64,000 nucleotides of DNA, taken from the NCBI GenBank assembly GCA_963713605.1, contig CAVQMO010000005.1, positions 64,001-128,000 of the forward strand, written 5' to 3'. The translations under genes were made by a program, and so were the position numbers. Of the stretch, positions 19,771-30,114 are shown one piece after another. The notes beneath the pieces are model-generated. The model was given only the letters and a program-made list of their open reading frames with translations. It searched no databases and was not told where the DNA came from. Source of the DNA: an uncultured Nitrososphaerales archaeon. GTDB taxonomy: Archaea; Thermoproteota; Nitrososphaeria; Nitrososphaerales; Nitrososphaeraceae. Numbering within the stretch: the first letter of the stretch is position 1; the number at the start of each line of letters is the position of its first letter.

Positions 19771-20076
19771 ATGAAAAGAGTTGAAGCCTATGTATCATCA
19801 GAAAAGGCAGAAGCAGTACTGTCGGCCCTCGAGTCATCGAATTTTCAAGCGACGTTTTTCGAATCAAAAGGGATGGGCAAAGGTGAGAAAAGGGATTTGA
19901 GCTTCAAAGGCAGGACCATGAAAATGAGATATTCAACTCGAAACACGATAGTAACTATTGTTGAAGAAGACAAGTTGGATCAAGTAATTTCAGTAATAAA
20001 GGAGTCCGGAAGTACTGGCACAACAAGTTCTGGAGTAATAGTAATATCGCCTGTAGATGATCTGATAACGCTTTAA
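19771..20076 (+). CDS. P-II family protein, atypical
   Basis: MKRVEAYV...ESKGMGK...TIVTIVEEDKLDQVISVIKE...VIVISPVDDLITL. Confidence 0.85.
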   Translation: MKRVEAYVSSEKAEAVLSALESSNFQATFFESKGMGKGEKRDLSFKGRTMKMRYSTRNTIVTIVEEDKLDQVISVIKESGSTGTTSSGVIVISPVDDLITL

Positions 20077-20186
20077 GTCCTCACCGCCATGGAGCCTGCA
20101 AAACGTAAACTTTAGGTTCAGGAGAACCGTTTAGAGCAAATATCTTTTCCATCAGAATCAATCTGAAGCCGATGTCATAATACCCC

Positions 20187-21881
20187 CTACAATGAGGATC
20201 GTGACGTCGAATATGATTGCGAAGGTTCCTTGATATCTATCAATAACCTGTTTAAATCGATCCTGTAATAATCCAATTTGTCTGGATCATACTTTTGTAC
20301 TATTTGAATTGGTTCTCCTCTGTTAATTCTGCTTATTATGACGCTTCTATGAACATAGCTAGTTACAAATTCAAATCCATTGATTTTCGCCTCTCGTAGA
20401 AAGTTAGTTCTAAGCTCGTGACCGCCCGCCTCACCCCAATATCCAGGCTTGATGCAGATCCATTCCATATATACAGTGTTGTGGTCGCCCCAATTTTCGT
20501 CATGTGTGCCTCTCCTAAGCGTGTAATTTTCTAACGGTCCCCCCTTTACATAGCCGACTATTTTGTCGCTGACGGAAACATCTCCGTTACTGGTACTAAC
20601 ATAGTAATCGCCACCGCCGCTACTACTACTGCTGCTGCTGGTGCTGGTGCTGCTGCTGGTGCTGCTGGTGCTGCTCCTATTGAAATCAGATCCCTCCTTG
20701 ATCTTGAGTGTTATCAGAATAGTATTGCGATCGTGAAGTGATCGTGCGAATTGAGCCTTATCGAGCTGTAATGGAACACGCAATTCTTGATAGATGTTTA
20801 AAATAGCGTCTCTTGTTTCAGAAGAGAGGCCCATGTCTGAAGACTTTTCTACATTGCAAACTAACGACAATTCTTTTCTTCTAATGGAACTTCTCGTCTT
20901 GTTTTCATCTTCCCAAGCCTCTCTGAAGGCCTCTACGTTGTTATAAAAATTTTTCTTGTACTGTTCGGGTAGATAACGTAATACACCTTGCGTCATTTCT
21001 TTCTCCTCCTTTAGAGTGCTGAAATACTTGACTGACTCCTCATTTATGAACGAAGGATGCCAACCCAGAGCATGAGCATTGCGTCTTGCAAGAGTCTTTG
21101 CATGTTCATAATCTCCCAGGGCGTACCCGGCCATTCGTTCACAAACAGACAAAAGCCACCCCAAGTATTCATAATGTTCTCTTGTTCTCATATCATTCTC
21201 GGGTATACCAGCGTTCAGAAATAACTCGCCCATTCGCTTCTTTGCGTGCTCTGCGTTCTCCCCCTTGAAAGGATAAGTCGTACGGTATATTGTCGCGATC
21301 ACCAGATCAAGGCTAATATCAATATCATCAATGAATTTTCTTATCTTACTGTCATGTCTTAAAAAATATTCAACCGAATCTTCATGCGGTTTGTCTGACA
21401 ATTTCATAGGATCATAGTCGTGAAAAAGAGCAGCTACGAACAGATATTTAATGTCATTATCATTAAAATTTCTATACTCCACGCTTGACGCTCTCAGTTG
21501 TCCATCTAGTGCTAGCAATGCAAAGTATGTAGCCTCAAGTTCATGATCTATATTGTGATAACCGTAGTAGTCTGGTCCTAGTCCCTTCTTTGAAAATTCG
21601 GATACAGCGTGTCTTACGATTCTATCTGTCCATCTGTCTTGCAGACCCATAGAACTGGCGAGTTCGATTATCTTGTCTTTTAACGCAGCTTGATGTGCGA
21701 TACCTATATTGTATTTGAGCCACCAGGAGAATAATTTTATCCTGTTGTAGAGCTCAAACCACCAGGGAAAAGAATCAGCGAGAGGATTATCTACATTAGC
21801 TGAATGCTTCTCATCTAGGTAATTTCTATGGTCGTCATTGTTTACAGGGGGCAGGATAATCAGCCCAAAGTTAATGATCAC
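20187..21881 (-). CDS. HD-domain metallohydrolase fused to C-terminal GNAT-like domain
   Basis: YHNIDH...AALFHDYD; C-terminal IVGYVKGG...VYMEWICIKPGYWGEAGGHELR; poly-Ser insert; exact start uncertain. Confidence 0.75.
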   Translation of the reverse strand: MIINFGLIILPPVNNDDHRNYLDEKHSANVDNPLADSFPWWFELYNRIKLFSWWLKYNIGIAHQAALKDKIIELASSMGLQDRWTDRIVRHAVSEFSKKGLGPDYYGYHNIDHELEATYFALLALDGQLRASSVEYRNFNDNDIKYLFVAALFHDYDPMKLSDKPHEDSVEYFLRHDSKIRKFIDDIDISLDLVIATIYRTTYPFKGENAEHAKKRMGELFLNAGIPENDMRTREHYEYLGWLLSVCERMAGYALGDYEHAKTLARRNAHALGWHPSFINEESVKYFSTLKEEKEMTQGVLRYLPEQYKKNFYNNVEAFREAWEDENKTRSSIRRKELSLVCNVEKSSDMGLSSETRDAILNIYQELRVPLQLDKAQFARSLHDRNTILITLKIKEGSDFNRSSTSSTSSSTSTSSSSSSSGGGDYYVSTSNGDVSVSDKIVGYVKGGPLENYTLRRGTHDENWGDHNTVYMEWICIKPGYWGEAGGHELRTNFLREAKINGFEFVTSYVHRSVIISRINRGEPIQIVQKYDPDKLDYYRIDLNRLLIDIKEPSQSYSTSRSSL

Positions 21882-22052
21882 GAACTTGCACTAAAGTGTT
21901 CTGTTTGGTTCCATAACAGGGAGGTATTGTATTACATATGCCCGTGTAGGTTGAATCCAATCCAATCCGTATTTGTATATGAACCTTGCGATGCAATGCG
22001 TCTAAAGCAAAACACAAATACCAATACGACAATAATTTCTAAAAAATAACCA

Positions 22053-22092
22053 ACGGAAACACGGAGGCACGGAGACACGGAGGCCCGGAGTG
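22053..22092. repeat. 8-bp tandem repeat ACGGARRC x5 (last unit degenerate)
   Basis: acggaaac-acggaggc-acggagac-acggaggc-ccggagtg. Confidence 0.85.
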
Positions 22093-22242
22093 CGACATTC
22101 AAGAACAGAGATCAATCCAGACTGTATGCAAAACCAAATTCGCATTTAATACTATTGGCTAACTGACAATCACAACTAGCATTGTGCAATTTTTGAATAA
22201 TAAAAAAAGAATGTAGGTTTTTCCGGATCTACACTCACTCTA

Positions 22243-22527
22243 CTAAGGTAACACTGCCAAACCGTCTCCCTCCTCAGCTGACGGTGGTTGTAGTGCAATT
22301 ATGTTTATGGCATTACCATCCCCGTCTATTTGAGAAGCAATGTTTTGACAGAATATGTTTAGAGGTAGTACTCCGTTTCCACAGTCGTTAACTCCAGAAC
22401 TTGCCTGGCTGCTCTCATATTTTGTAGCTGATACATCGTTGACACTCGCAAGTGATCCTACTATAGCTAGCATTACTCCAGCCATCACTGCTAATGATTT
22501 CGCGTTCATCCTTATAGGTTGGGTCAT
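22243..22527 (-). CDS. Small secreted protein, CGN-x-CQN family (copy 2)
   Basis: Signal peptide; SGVNDCGNGVLPLNIFCQNIASQIDGDGNAI. Confidence 0.8.
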   Translation of the reverse strand: MTQPIRMNAKSLAVMAGVMLAIVGSLASVNDVSATKYESSQASSGVNDCGNGVLPLNIFCQNIASQIDGDGNAINIIALQPPSAEEGDGLAVLP

Positions 22528-22556
22528 ATTACTACTAAGAAAGATATCTCAATTGT

Positions 22557-22598
22557 TTATTTGGATTGATAATGATAATGTTATCAGATAAATCTGAT
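22557..22598 (-). promoter_or_regulatory. Promoter (TATA-like element) plus perfect palindrome ATCAGAT-AA-ATCTGAT
   Basis: TTATTTGGATT at 22557, 30 bp from the ATG; inverted repeat at 22583-22598. Confidence 0.65.
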
Positions 22599-23251
22599 TT
22601 TTCATATGAAATGGACGATAAGAAGATTAATCGTCAACCAATGAGTTCCGTTGAATTATGAATCTACGTGATAACTTTTCCAATCTCTTATCTTTTCCGC
22701 GTCATCATAAACAGGTCTGTTCTGGGTGCAGTTTTGAAAATAATTTCTTACAACAGCGTATGACACTTGAAATCCCTCTACTGATCCGTAACCACAACTT
22801 CTGTTCTGTACAAGATTTGAGCATTCAATTAAGTCGTTTCTGTATTCTATCTCTAATTGCGTTAGAGACATTCAACTAACCCAATTAAGGGGAGAGAACT
22901 GAAAATTATTCATTAATGGAGCATTCTTTTATTTCAGAGATTGAGTACCTAACGAAGAGCAGAATATTTTACAAGGTTAGAACTATTAGTAATTTCAGTC
23001 TCCTAGCCTTCGGTAGTGCAACACGACAATAATTTAATTAAAAGTGATACAAATCAAGGTATTCTTTTGTTCGTCAAATTGGAATCATTGGAGAACCATA
23101 ACTATTCCAGATCTATAGTAATGCGGCATCTTATCTACCTATATGTGAATTTTGAGGAGGATTCTAATTTGGACAAGAGATGAGACTGAGTATCTCGATC
23201 TGGTGTTAATATAAACTATATAGCCTAGATCGACATCATACATCCAAAGGA

Positions 23252-26200
23252 ATGCAGCAGCCGATTAGATCATACCTTAACCCGGTACTTGATTCACGTA
23301 TAACGTTTAGAAAAATAGCAATATCCGTTGCAGGTGTTCTAATCGTGCTTGCGGTCATCGCGTTATTGACTACTCGTCAAATCATCTTTTTTGACAATAA
23401 TCTTCAAACTTTACTTTTTCTTTTGGTTGTGACTCTGGGGTTTGGGATAGGATCTTGGATTTTGTTGGAGTACACCAAGAGGGCAAGCTCTGCACTAAGG
23501 GCCAAATCTCGTTCTATAAACAGAATTCACTGGGCCGCAACGATAATACAATTTGTCTTACTTGCCATCATGGTTATAGTAATTTTTTACAATAGCGTGT
23601 ATTGTTATGATTATTTCAGTTTTTGCAATTCACCCGTGTCAACGGTCTCACTTACCGCAATTGCTTCAGCCTCAGCCTCAGTAATACTAGGATTATTTAG
23701 CTATCGATTCCTTTCTTGGTATAAAAGAAGCAATCGAAACCTCATCTTATTATTTTACGGTTTGGCGGCTGCTGCCCTTTCTATGTCCATTGCAGGAGAT
23801 GCGATTGACAAGTTCATGGTGGCAGGATTAATCGTAGAAGAACAGTCACAGCCTGGTACGGTTCCCGATTCATCTTTTGTGTACGAAAACGTCGAAAAGT
23901 ATAATGGCGAAGTCCAATATAGGGTCACAAATCATGAGGGCTCTACGTTGTATGTTGTATCGCCTGAAGACGATGAACTATACTCTTTTATCAACCGCTT
24001 GACTTCCTATCCAAGGTATGTTTTCTTGTGGATAAGCACCTGTCTTCTGTTGCACGTGTACTATCAGAGGACTGGACAACAGATCACTAAATTTCCAATC
24101 AAGTATTGGATACTACTTATCATCCCGTTTGTGCTATATCTGGTTGGAAGTGGACTAGTATTAACTCTGCCAGACGACTCAGATTATAGATACTATCAGC
24201 GAATTATTTATCGAGCCGGCAATATCGGAAGTAGTCTGTTATTTGGCGTAGCGTTCTATATTATAGCTGAGAAGAGTACCTTCTGAAAGAGTAAAGGACT
24301 ATTTGACAATAGCCGCCATAGGGATCACATTGGGTGGAATTGCATTTAGCGTATCTGCATTTCAGCAGACGTATGGAGTCGCAGTTCATTCTCTCGTATT
24401 TTTGTCATCTTATTTGTTTGCCATAGGCTTTTATGCGTCAGCTGTATTTCTGACCCAAGATGCAAAATTGCGAAGTTCCATAAAAAAATCCGCCCTAGAA
24501 GAGTCAAAACTATTGGTAACTTTGGGGACTCCACATCTTGAACAAGAGATAGAGCGGCGCGTACTTTACACGGCGCAGAAGCAGGAAGAGGAACTAGTCC
24601 AGAGAAGTGGAGTAATGCCATCGCTCACACAGAGTGAAATGAAGCTTTATTTATCAAATGTATTAAATCAAATAACTTTACTCCAGGGCTATAACGACAT
24701 AGTTCGTAAAGAGAGAGAAATCCTGGAGTCGTCAAAAGAGCTTGTAGCATGTTTGAACTCTAGTGGAATTCGTCTAACATATAACAGCAATTTTGAAGTT
24801 TATAAGAAGATAATGCACGAAAAATTCGTGAATGGAGAACACAAGGGAATTAGATTTGTGACCAAGGTCGAAAAACATAGCGCAAACATGATCAAACGGT
24901 TTCTGGAAGCAGGAGTCCAGGTGAGACACGTCGATAATCTCCCTCCCATTGACTTTGCCGTATCTGATAAGGAAATTGTGGCCAAGGTGCACAAAGTTGA
25001 ACATGAAATAACCGACGAAAAGCATGGTTCTAGCAATCGCGACATGAGCCTGGATGTAAAGAACGTGCTGGTCAGCACCGAACAGGCCTATATCGATTAT
25101 TTTCTCTACACATTCAGCGAGTTATGGAACAATGGGACGGATGCAAAAGAAAGGATCGCTTATTTAGAACAAGGATTAGAGCCTGAATTTATTGACGTCC
25201 TAAACGACGGTAAGAAGACAAGCCGCATACTCTTGGAACTTGTACATTCTATTAAACAGGAAGCTCAAATACTGATTCCAGACGAAAGAACATTACTAAA
25301 CTTGGAGAAGATAGGGGCAATCGATCACATCATCAAGGGAGCCTCGTCTAAGCACGCCAAAATAAGGCTTGTCTGTCCCGGTGCTGAAGGTGGATCCGAC
25401 ATCATAAAAAGGATACAAGAGAAAGCACCAGAAATAGAAATTGTAAATGGGAATAATTCAACATCAGTGATGTTCATAGTGGACAATTCAAAGTTCTTGC
25501 GTGCAGAACTAACGAAAGCAAACTCTGAGAATTTTGCTGATTCTGTTGGATTTACTATGTATTCGAATACACGGCAGAGCGTAGACTCTTTTAAAACTTT
25601 CTTTGATTTACTCTGGAAGGAACACGTTCTTAATGAAGAACTCAAGAATGCTGATAAAGTTCAAAAAGAGTTCATCAATATAGCTGCGCATGAGTTGCGT
25701 ACGCCCATCCAGCCTATCCTTGGTTTGAGCCATGTGATGTACTCCGAGGTGCAAGATCCTAAGCAAAGGCAACTGCTGGAAGTAGTCGTGAGAAACGCCA
25801 ACAGGCTGAAAAGACTGACCGATAATATTCTAGATGTTACCAGAATTGAAAGCAAGAAACTTCGGTTAAACAAGGAGGAGTTTGATATAAGTCAGGTAGC
25901 CCTATCTGTCATTGATGAATATAAGAAGATAAATCAGAATAAAGGTGTGCCTGAAACGAATATCACATACGTCGGAGATTTTGAAAATTCTGAACCTGGG
26001 CGTATGAATGTCAAAGGTGATCTGAATAGAATTACCGAGGTGATATCAAACCTGATAGATAATTCCCTGAAATATACAAGGGAAGGGACGATAAATGTGA
26101 AGGCAAGAAGACTGAATGGCGAGATGATTGTAAGTATATCAGACACAGGGACGGGCATTGATCCACTAATCTTTCCAAAATTATTTACAAAGTTTACATC

Positions 26201-26354
26201 AACATCTGCTCTCGACTATGGAGACGGTGGCACCGGACTTGGTTTGTACATTTCAAAAAGCATTATAGAGGCACATAGTGGCAGAATTTGGGCAGAGAAT
26301 AAGGGTGATGGAGACGGCGCAACATTTTCATTTAGTTTGCCATTAGATAACTGA
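23252..26354 (+). CDS. Multi-TM sensor histidine kinase (frameshift near 24278)
   Basis: Many TM helices, then two TrmB/PLD-like cytoplasmic modules, EFINIAAHELRTPIQPI (HisKA), NLIDNSLKY, DTGTGI, GTGLGLYI. Confidence 0.9.
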
Positions 26355-26521
26355 ATTGATTATTTGCTATTGCTAAATTATTGTAGATGGTAGACATCAT
26401 GTGATTTTTAAATTGACCTATTACTATTAAATGGGTCTCAATTGAATCCAATCAAAGACCACCAGTGAAATTCGGAGAGAAAAAACCAAATCTGTCTTAC
26501 AATCCTCTATCAGGACGCACA

Positions 26522-26746
26522 TCACCCATGAATCTCTTTTTCCAAGGCTTCCTTCAACATATGAACGTGTTTTTGTCTATCTTTCTTAATTGTGTTCCAC
26601 ATTTCCACCAACTCAGATTTACCGGCACTATTTGCGTCCTTGATATAGCTGTCAATGGTATCATATAGGAAATCAGCATCCTTTCCCAAGACTTTAAGTA
26701 TATCATAGGCTGTATTGCTCAATTCTCCGGTAGGGGCACCGCTCAT
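26522..26746 (-). CDS. Small helical protein (half ferritin-like)
   Basis: 74 aa from ATG 26746: NTAYDILKVL...YIKDA...ELVEMWNTIKKDRQKHVHMLKEAL. Confidence 0.7.
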   Translation of the reverse strand: MSGAPTGELSNTAYDILKVLGKDADFLYDTIDSYIKDANSAGKSELVEMWNTIKKDRQKHVHMLKEALEKEIHG

Positions 26747-26879
26747 GTGTTTGTTATCGATAACATAATATTTAACAACTCCCACGTTTATTTGCGGCAG
26801 TTTCATTCAAGGCAATTGAGTTACTTCATTTTTGACCCTAACTTCACTTTAATAAAAGTAAAGCACACACTTGACTCTA

Positions 26880-27680
26880 CTCAGTTGTCTATAAAGGACA
26901 AGATTATAGATCATATTACTTACCTATAGGATGTCGAAGGGTTGACATATAGGCAGCATACTAGTGCATCTATCTGCAATCTTCCACTTTTTCGAGATAA
27001 ATGATTATGATGATCTTAGACGGAGACAGATCAAACGTTTCCTGCCAAAGGGTGAGTCTGATTATTTTGGCAAGAATAGACCCTATTCCATAAAGGAGAT
27101 TGACAAATACTCAACAAGTGTGATGTGCGTGACAAGGCTGCCGTGTTGATCATTCTCTCTACTGACCTGCGAATCGGTGGAATTAAGAGTTGCAGATAGG
27201 CGATATCAAGAGGATCGATGAGTATGGGTTTTATTTAACCTGGGTCTATTACTGTTCTGGGAAGGCTAGGCATTACACCTTTTGCACTCCAGAGTGTGCC
27301 TCCACAATCGATGAATATCTTGCGTATCGCAAAAGAATAGAAGAGCCAAGAAATTACAAGTCTCCTCTCATTCGGGAGGAGTTCAGTATGGACAACTACT
27401 TCAAGGCTCCAAAGTTTTTATCGACGAGGGTCATTCCACTTCTCTTTGAAGAAGCACTAAAGAAAGCAGGTGTTAACCAGGTCAAACCAGGCTAGATGAA
27501 AAGGGAAGTAATGCGCAGCCATGGCTTTAGATAGTTCTTCATTATCCAATGCGATAGATCTGGGATGTCTTTTACTCCTAGAGAGTAGGCATAAATTACC
27601 CAACCAGGATGCTAGTTACCGGCTTGCCGAGTACGTAAAAGCCATCCCGCTCGCTTACAGTAGACCCGAGTACTCAATCA
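26880..27680 (+). pseudogene. Decayed tyrosine recombinase/integrase
   Basis: Fragments IIDHITYL, HLSAIFHFFEIND, RPYSIKEI, DLRIG, HYTFCTPECA, VMRSHGFR*FF, EYVKAIP, with several stops and frameshifts. Confidence 0.85.
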
Positions 27681-28249
27681 AACCCTGAGCCCGTCAGAGA
27701 ATGTTAATGTCTCTTCAAGAGACAAGGCAATTTTCAACCAAACGGATAGGTACAGCCTCAGAGAATCAGACTACTTTAGCTACCAATGGTCTTAACGATA
27801 CAAGCGCAAATGGAACTAGTACAGAGATGGTTACTAACGCTTCGCAGGCTACAACCACAACCACTTTTCCGGCCACCACTTAGCTTAATGCCGGCACCAA
27901 CTCAATCGCAACAGCAACCCTCCCCACATCTGATTGAAATACAGAAAAGAGAAAACAAATAGCACACACTTCCTCAAACATTGAGATATGCTGTTAATAA
28001 AGGTAAATACGAAAGATATTGGATCGAATAATAACTCAAATGACAATGCAGAACCTCACCAAGTTTCTGGTTAGGTACGACAATCAACTATCAGGAAATA
28101 CTAATATAAAGCAGCTGAAGCTACTAATAGGATCACCATTTTATTCTGACTGAAATCATGAAGCTTGTCTGGATAAAGTAAGCTACTAGTTTGGGTATCA
28201 CTGAGCTCATACTACGGTATATGGCATAGCTAACTGAGTAGCAGCTGAC

Positions 28250-28651
28250 ATGCGGCGGCACCATCAGGTTACTCTGCCGCGGCAGCAGCAGGAGGCAGCA
28301 GGAGCTGCAGAGCCGGTGAAGATGAGAGCGGTAGCAGAAGAGGCGGCAGCAGTTGGTGGGGATGAAAAAGCAGCGGCAGCAGCAGCAGCTGCTGGTGTAG
28401 CAGTAGGCGAGGCAGCTGCAGAGGGTGCTGATCCAGAGGAAACATCTTCTGCCGACGAGGGAGCAACAAGTGAGGCACAGGAAACGGAGCAGGAGAAAAT
28501 TGAGAAACCCTTGGCTCAGGTGGCTGCATCTAAAGACGAACAGGAGGAACAACCTGCTGAAGGGGCACCTCCGGGAGCGCCAGTAGCGGAAGAACAACAA
28601 GGCCGCAGGTGGAGAAGATCAACCATCTGCAGACGGGGTACAACAACCTGA
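28250..28651 (+). CDS. Low-complexity Ala/Glu-rich ORF, probably a fragment of a disrupted gene
   Basis: GC-rich GCA/GAG repeats with poly-Ala and acidic stretches; boundaries doubtful. Confidence 0.35.
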   Translation: MRRHHQVTLPRQQQEAAGAAEPVKMRAVAEEAAAVGGDEKAAAAAAAAGVAVGEAAAEGADPEETSSADEGATSEAQETEQEKIEKPLAQVAASKDEQEEQPAEGAPPGAPVAEEQQGRRWRRSTICRRGTTT

Positions 28652-29010
28652 TGACGGAGAAAGATCAGAATAAGAAGAGGATCTAGATTCTCAAGCCCTT
28701 TTTCGTATTTTAATTAGATATTCTTCCGGCAATCTGTTTTTTCTGTAGTTGTTTGTCATGACTGATACCGAGCGATTTGGTCACCTTAGTAGTTCCGTTC
28801 AACAAATTAGCCATGATAATGATCCATAACTTGGGCTGTTAAGTCAGCATCTCCTTATTGCTGCTATTAGCACTAGAAAATAGCCATCGAGATTACGATC
28901 TACGCTATTTTCTAGCAGAACAATAAAATTAACACGTGGAGGTCTATCAGGAATATTTTGCCATCACACAACAAGCGATCGTTACTCTGACATAAACGCT
29001 AGGGCTTATA

Positions 29011-30114
29011 TCAAATTAGCCTACTATATGTCGAAACCTGGCAATCGTTGAATATCGATCTTATATCAAAGTCATTGGCTTTATTTTGGTCTATATTCTT
29101 TTGCCCTTGAAATAGCTGGCCAAATATGGCATCTTGTTGATCCGTGATTATTTGACTATTATCTGAATTTATCTGTACGGCAAGTCTTCTATTACTTTTG
29201 CCACTGTACTGCTTATTGTCATCATCACCATTGTCTCCATTGCCATCGTCTTCATCAGAAGGCGTAATCTTATCATTACCGTCACCATTACCCCCATCAC
29301 TCCCTCTAGGGATTCCTTCTACTGTCATGACAAAGGTACCGCCACACAAAGTAGCAGGAAGTGATGGAAACCACGGAGATACTATTTTAGAAGCTGTAGC
29401 GACGCCGCCCATACCGCCGGTTGTCATGGGAAGTCCCGTGCTGGGATAAGTACTTACGGGAGGATAAACTGTAGATGGGAATGTTGTACCAGAGGGTGGA
29501 TAGACAGTGGGGGGAAATGTGGTACCTGAAGGCGGGTAGTACGAGGCTTGTGGTTGTATTGTGTTACCGATAGAAGGGTTATAGGATGTTAAGGGCGAAG
29601 ACGGGAAGAATTGTTGTTGCTCCTGTGGGGTACTATACTGCGGCGTCGGAGATTGTAGTTGATAGAGTGGTTGTTGCTGTTGTATAACCTGTCCGGGGGC
29701 AGGAGTTTGTTGTTGCAGTTGAGTGGCATTAGATGGTGGAGTGAGTGTTTGTTGTCGTTGTGGCTGGAGCGTCGACGGCTGCTGTTGCTGTAACAACGGA
29801 GTAGTAGGCTGCGGCTGCTCTTGGACAGTCTGATTTGAGGCTGATGTTGCGGTAGTATTTTTTGCTATCTGGTTATTTACGGCAATTGTATTCCGTGCGC
29901 CTATAGCACTAAGAGTGTCATCATTAGTTGCATTAGCTGTTGTCACAGAGTGGTTTCCGCTAGACGTAGTTCCATCAAGGAGCGACGGCAAGCTAGTTAC
30001 CTGGCCATTTACCTGGTCTACCTCTCCGCTCGAAGCCATCATGATCAAATTAATCACCGTGATTATCGCCGCAAGTGTCAGAGATTTTGAAGCGATTATC
30101 TTCAATACGGACAA
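29011..30114 (-). CDS. Secreted Gln/Pro/Thr-rich protein with small C-terminal domain
   Basis: Signal peptide; QP-rich linker; YPPSGTTFP repeats; C-terminal domain with two Cys. Confidence 0.75.
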   Translation of the reverse strand: MSVLKIIASKSLTLAAIITVINLIMMASSGEVDQVNGQVTSLPSLLDGTTSSGNHSVTTANATNDDTLSAIGARNTIAVNNQIAKNTTATSASNQTVQEQPQPTTPLLQQQQPSTLQPQRQQTLTPPSNATQLQQQTPAPGQVIQQQQPLYQLQSPTPQYSTPQEQQQFFPSSPLTSYNPSIGNTIQPQASYYPPSGTTFPPTVYPPSGTTFPSTVYPPVSTYPSTGLPMTTGGMGGVATASKIVSPWFPSLPATLCGGTFVMTVEGIPRGSDGGNGDGNDKITPSDEDDGNGDNGDDDNKQYSGKSNRRLAVQINSDNSQIITDQQDAIFGQLFQGQKNIDQNKANDFDIRSIFNDCQVSTYSRLI

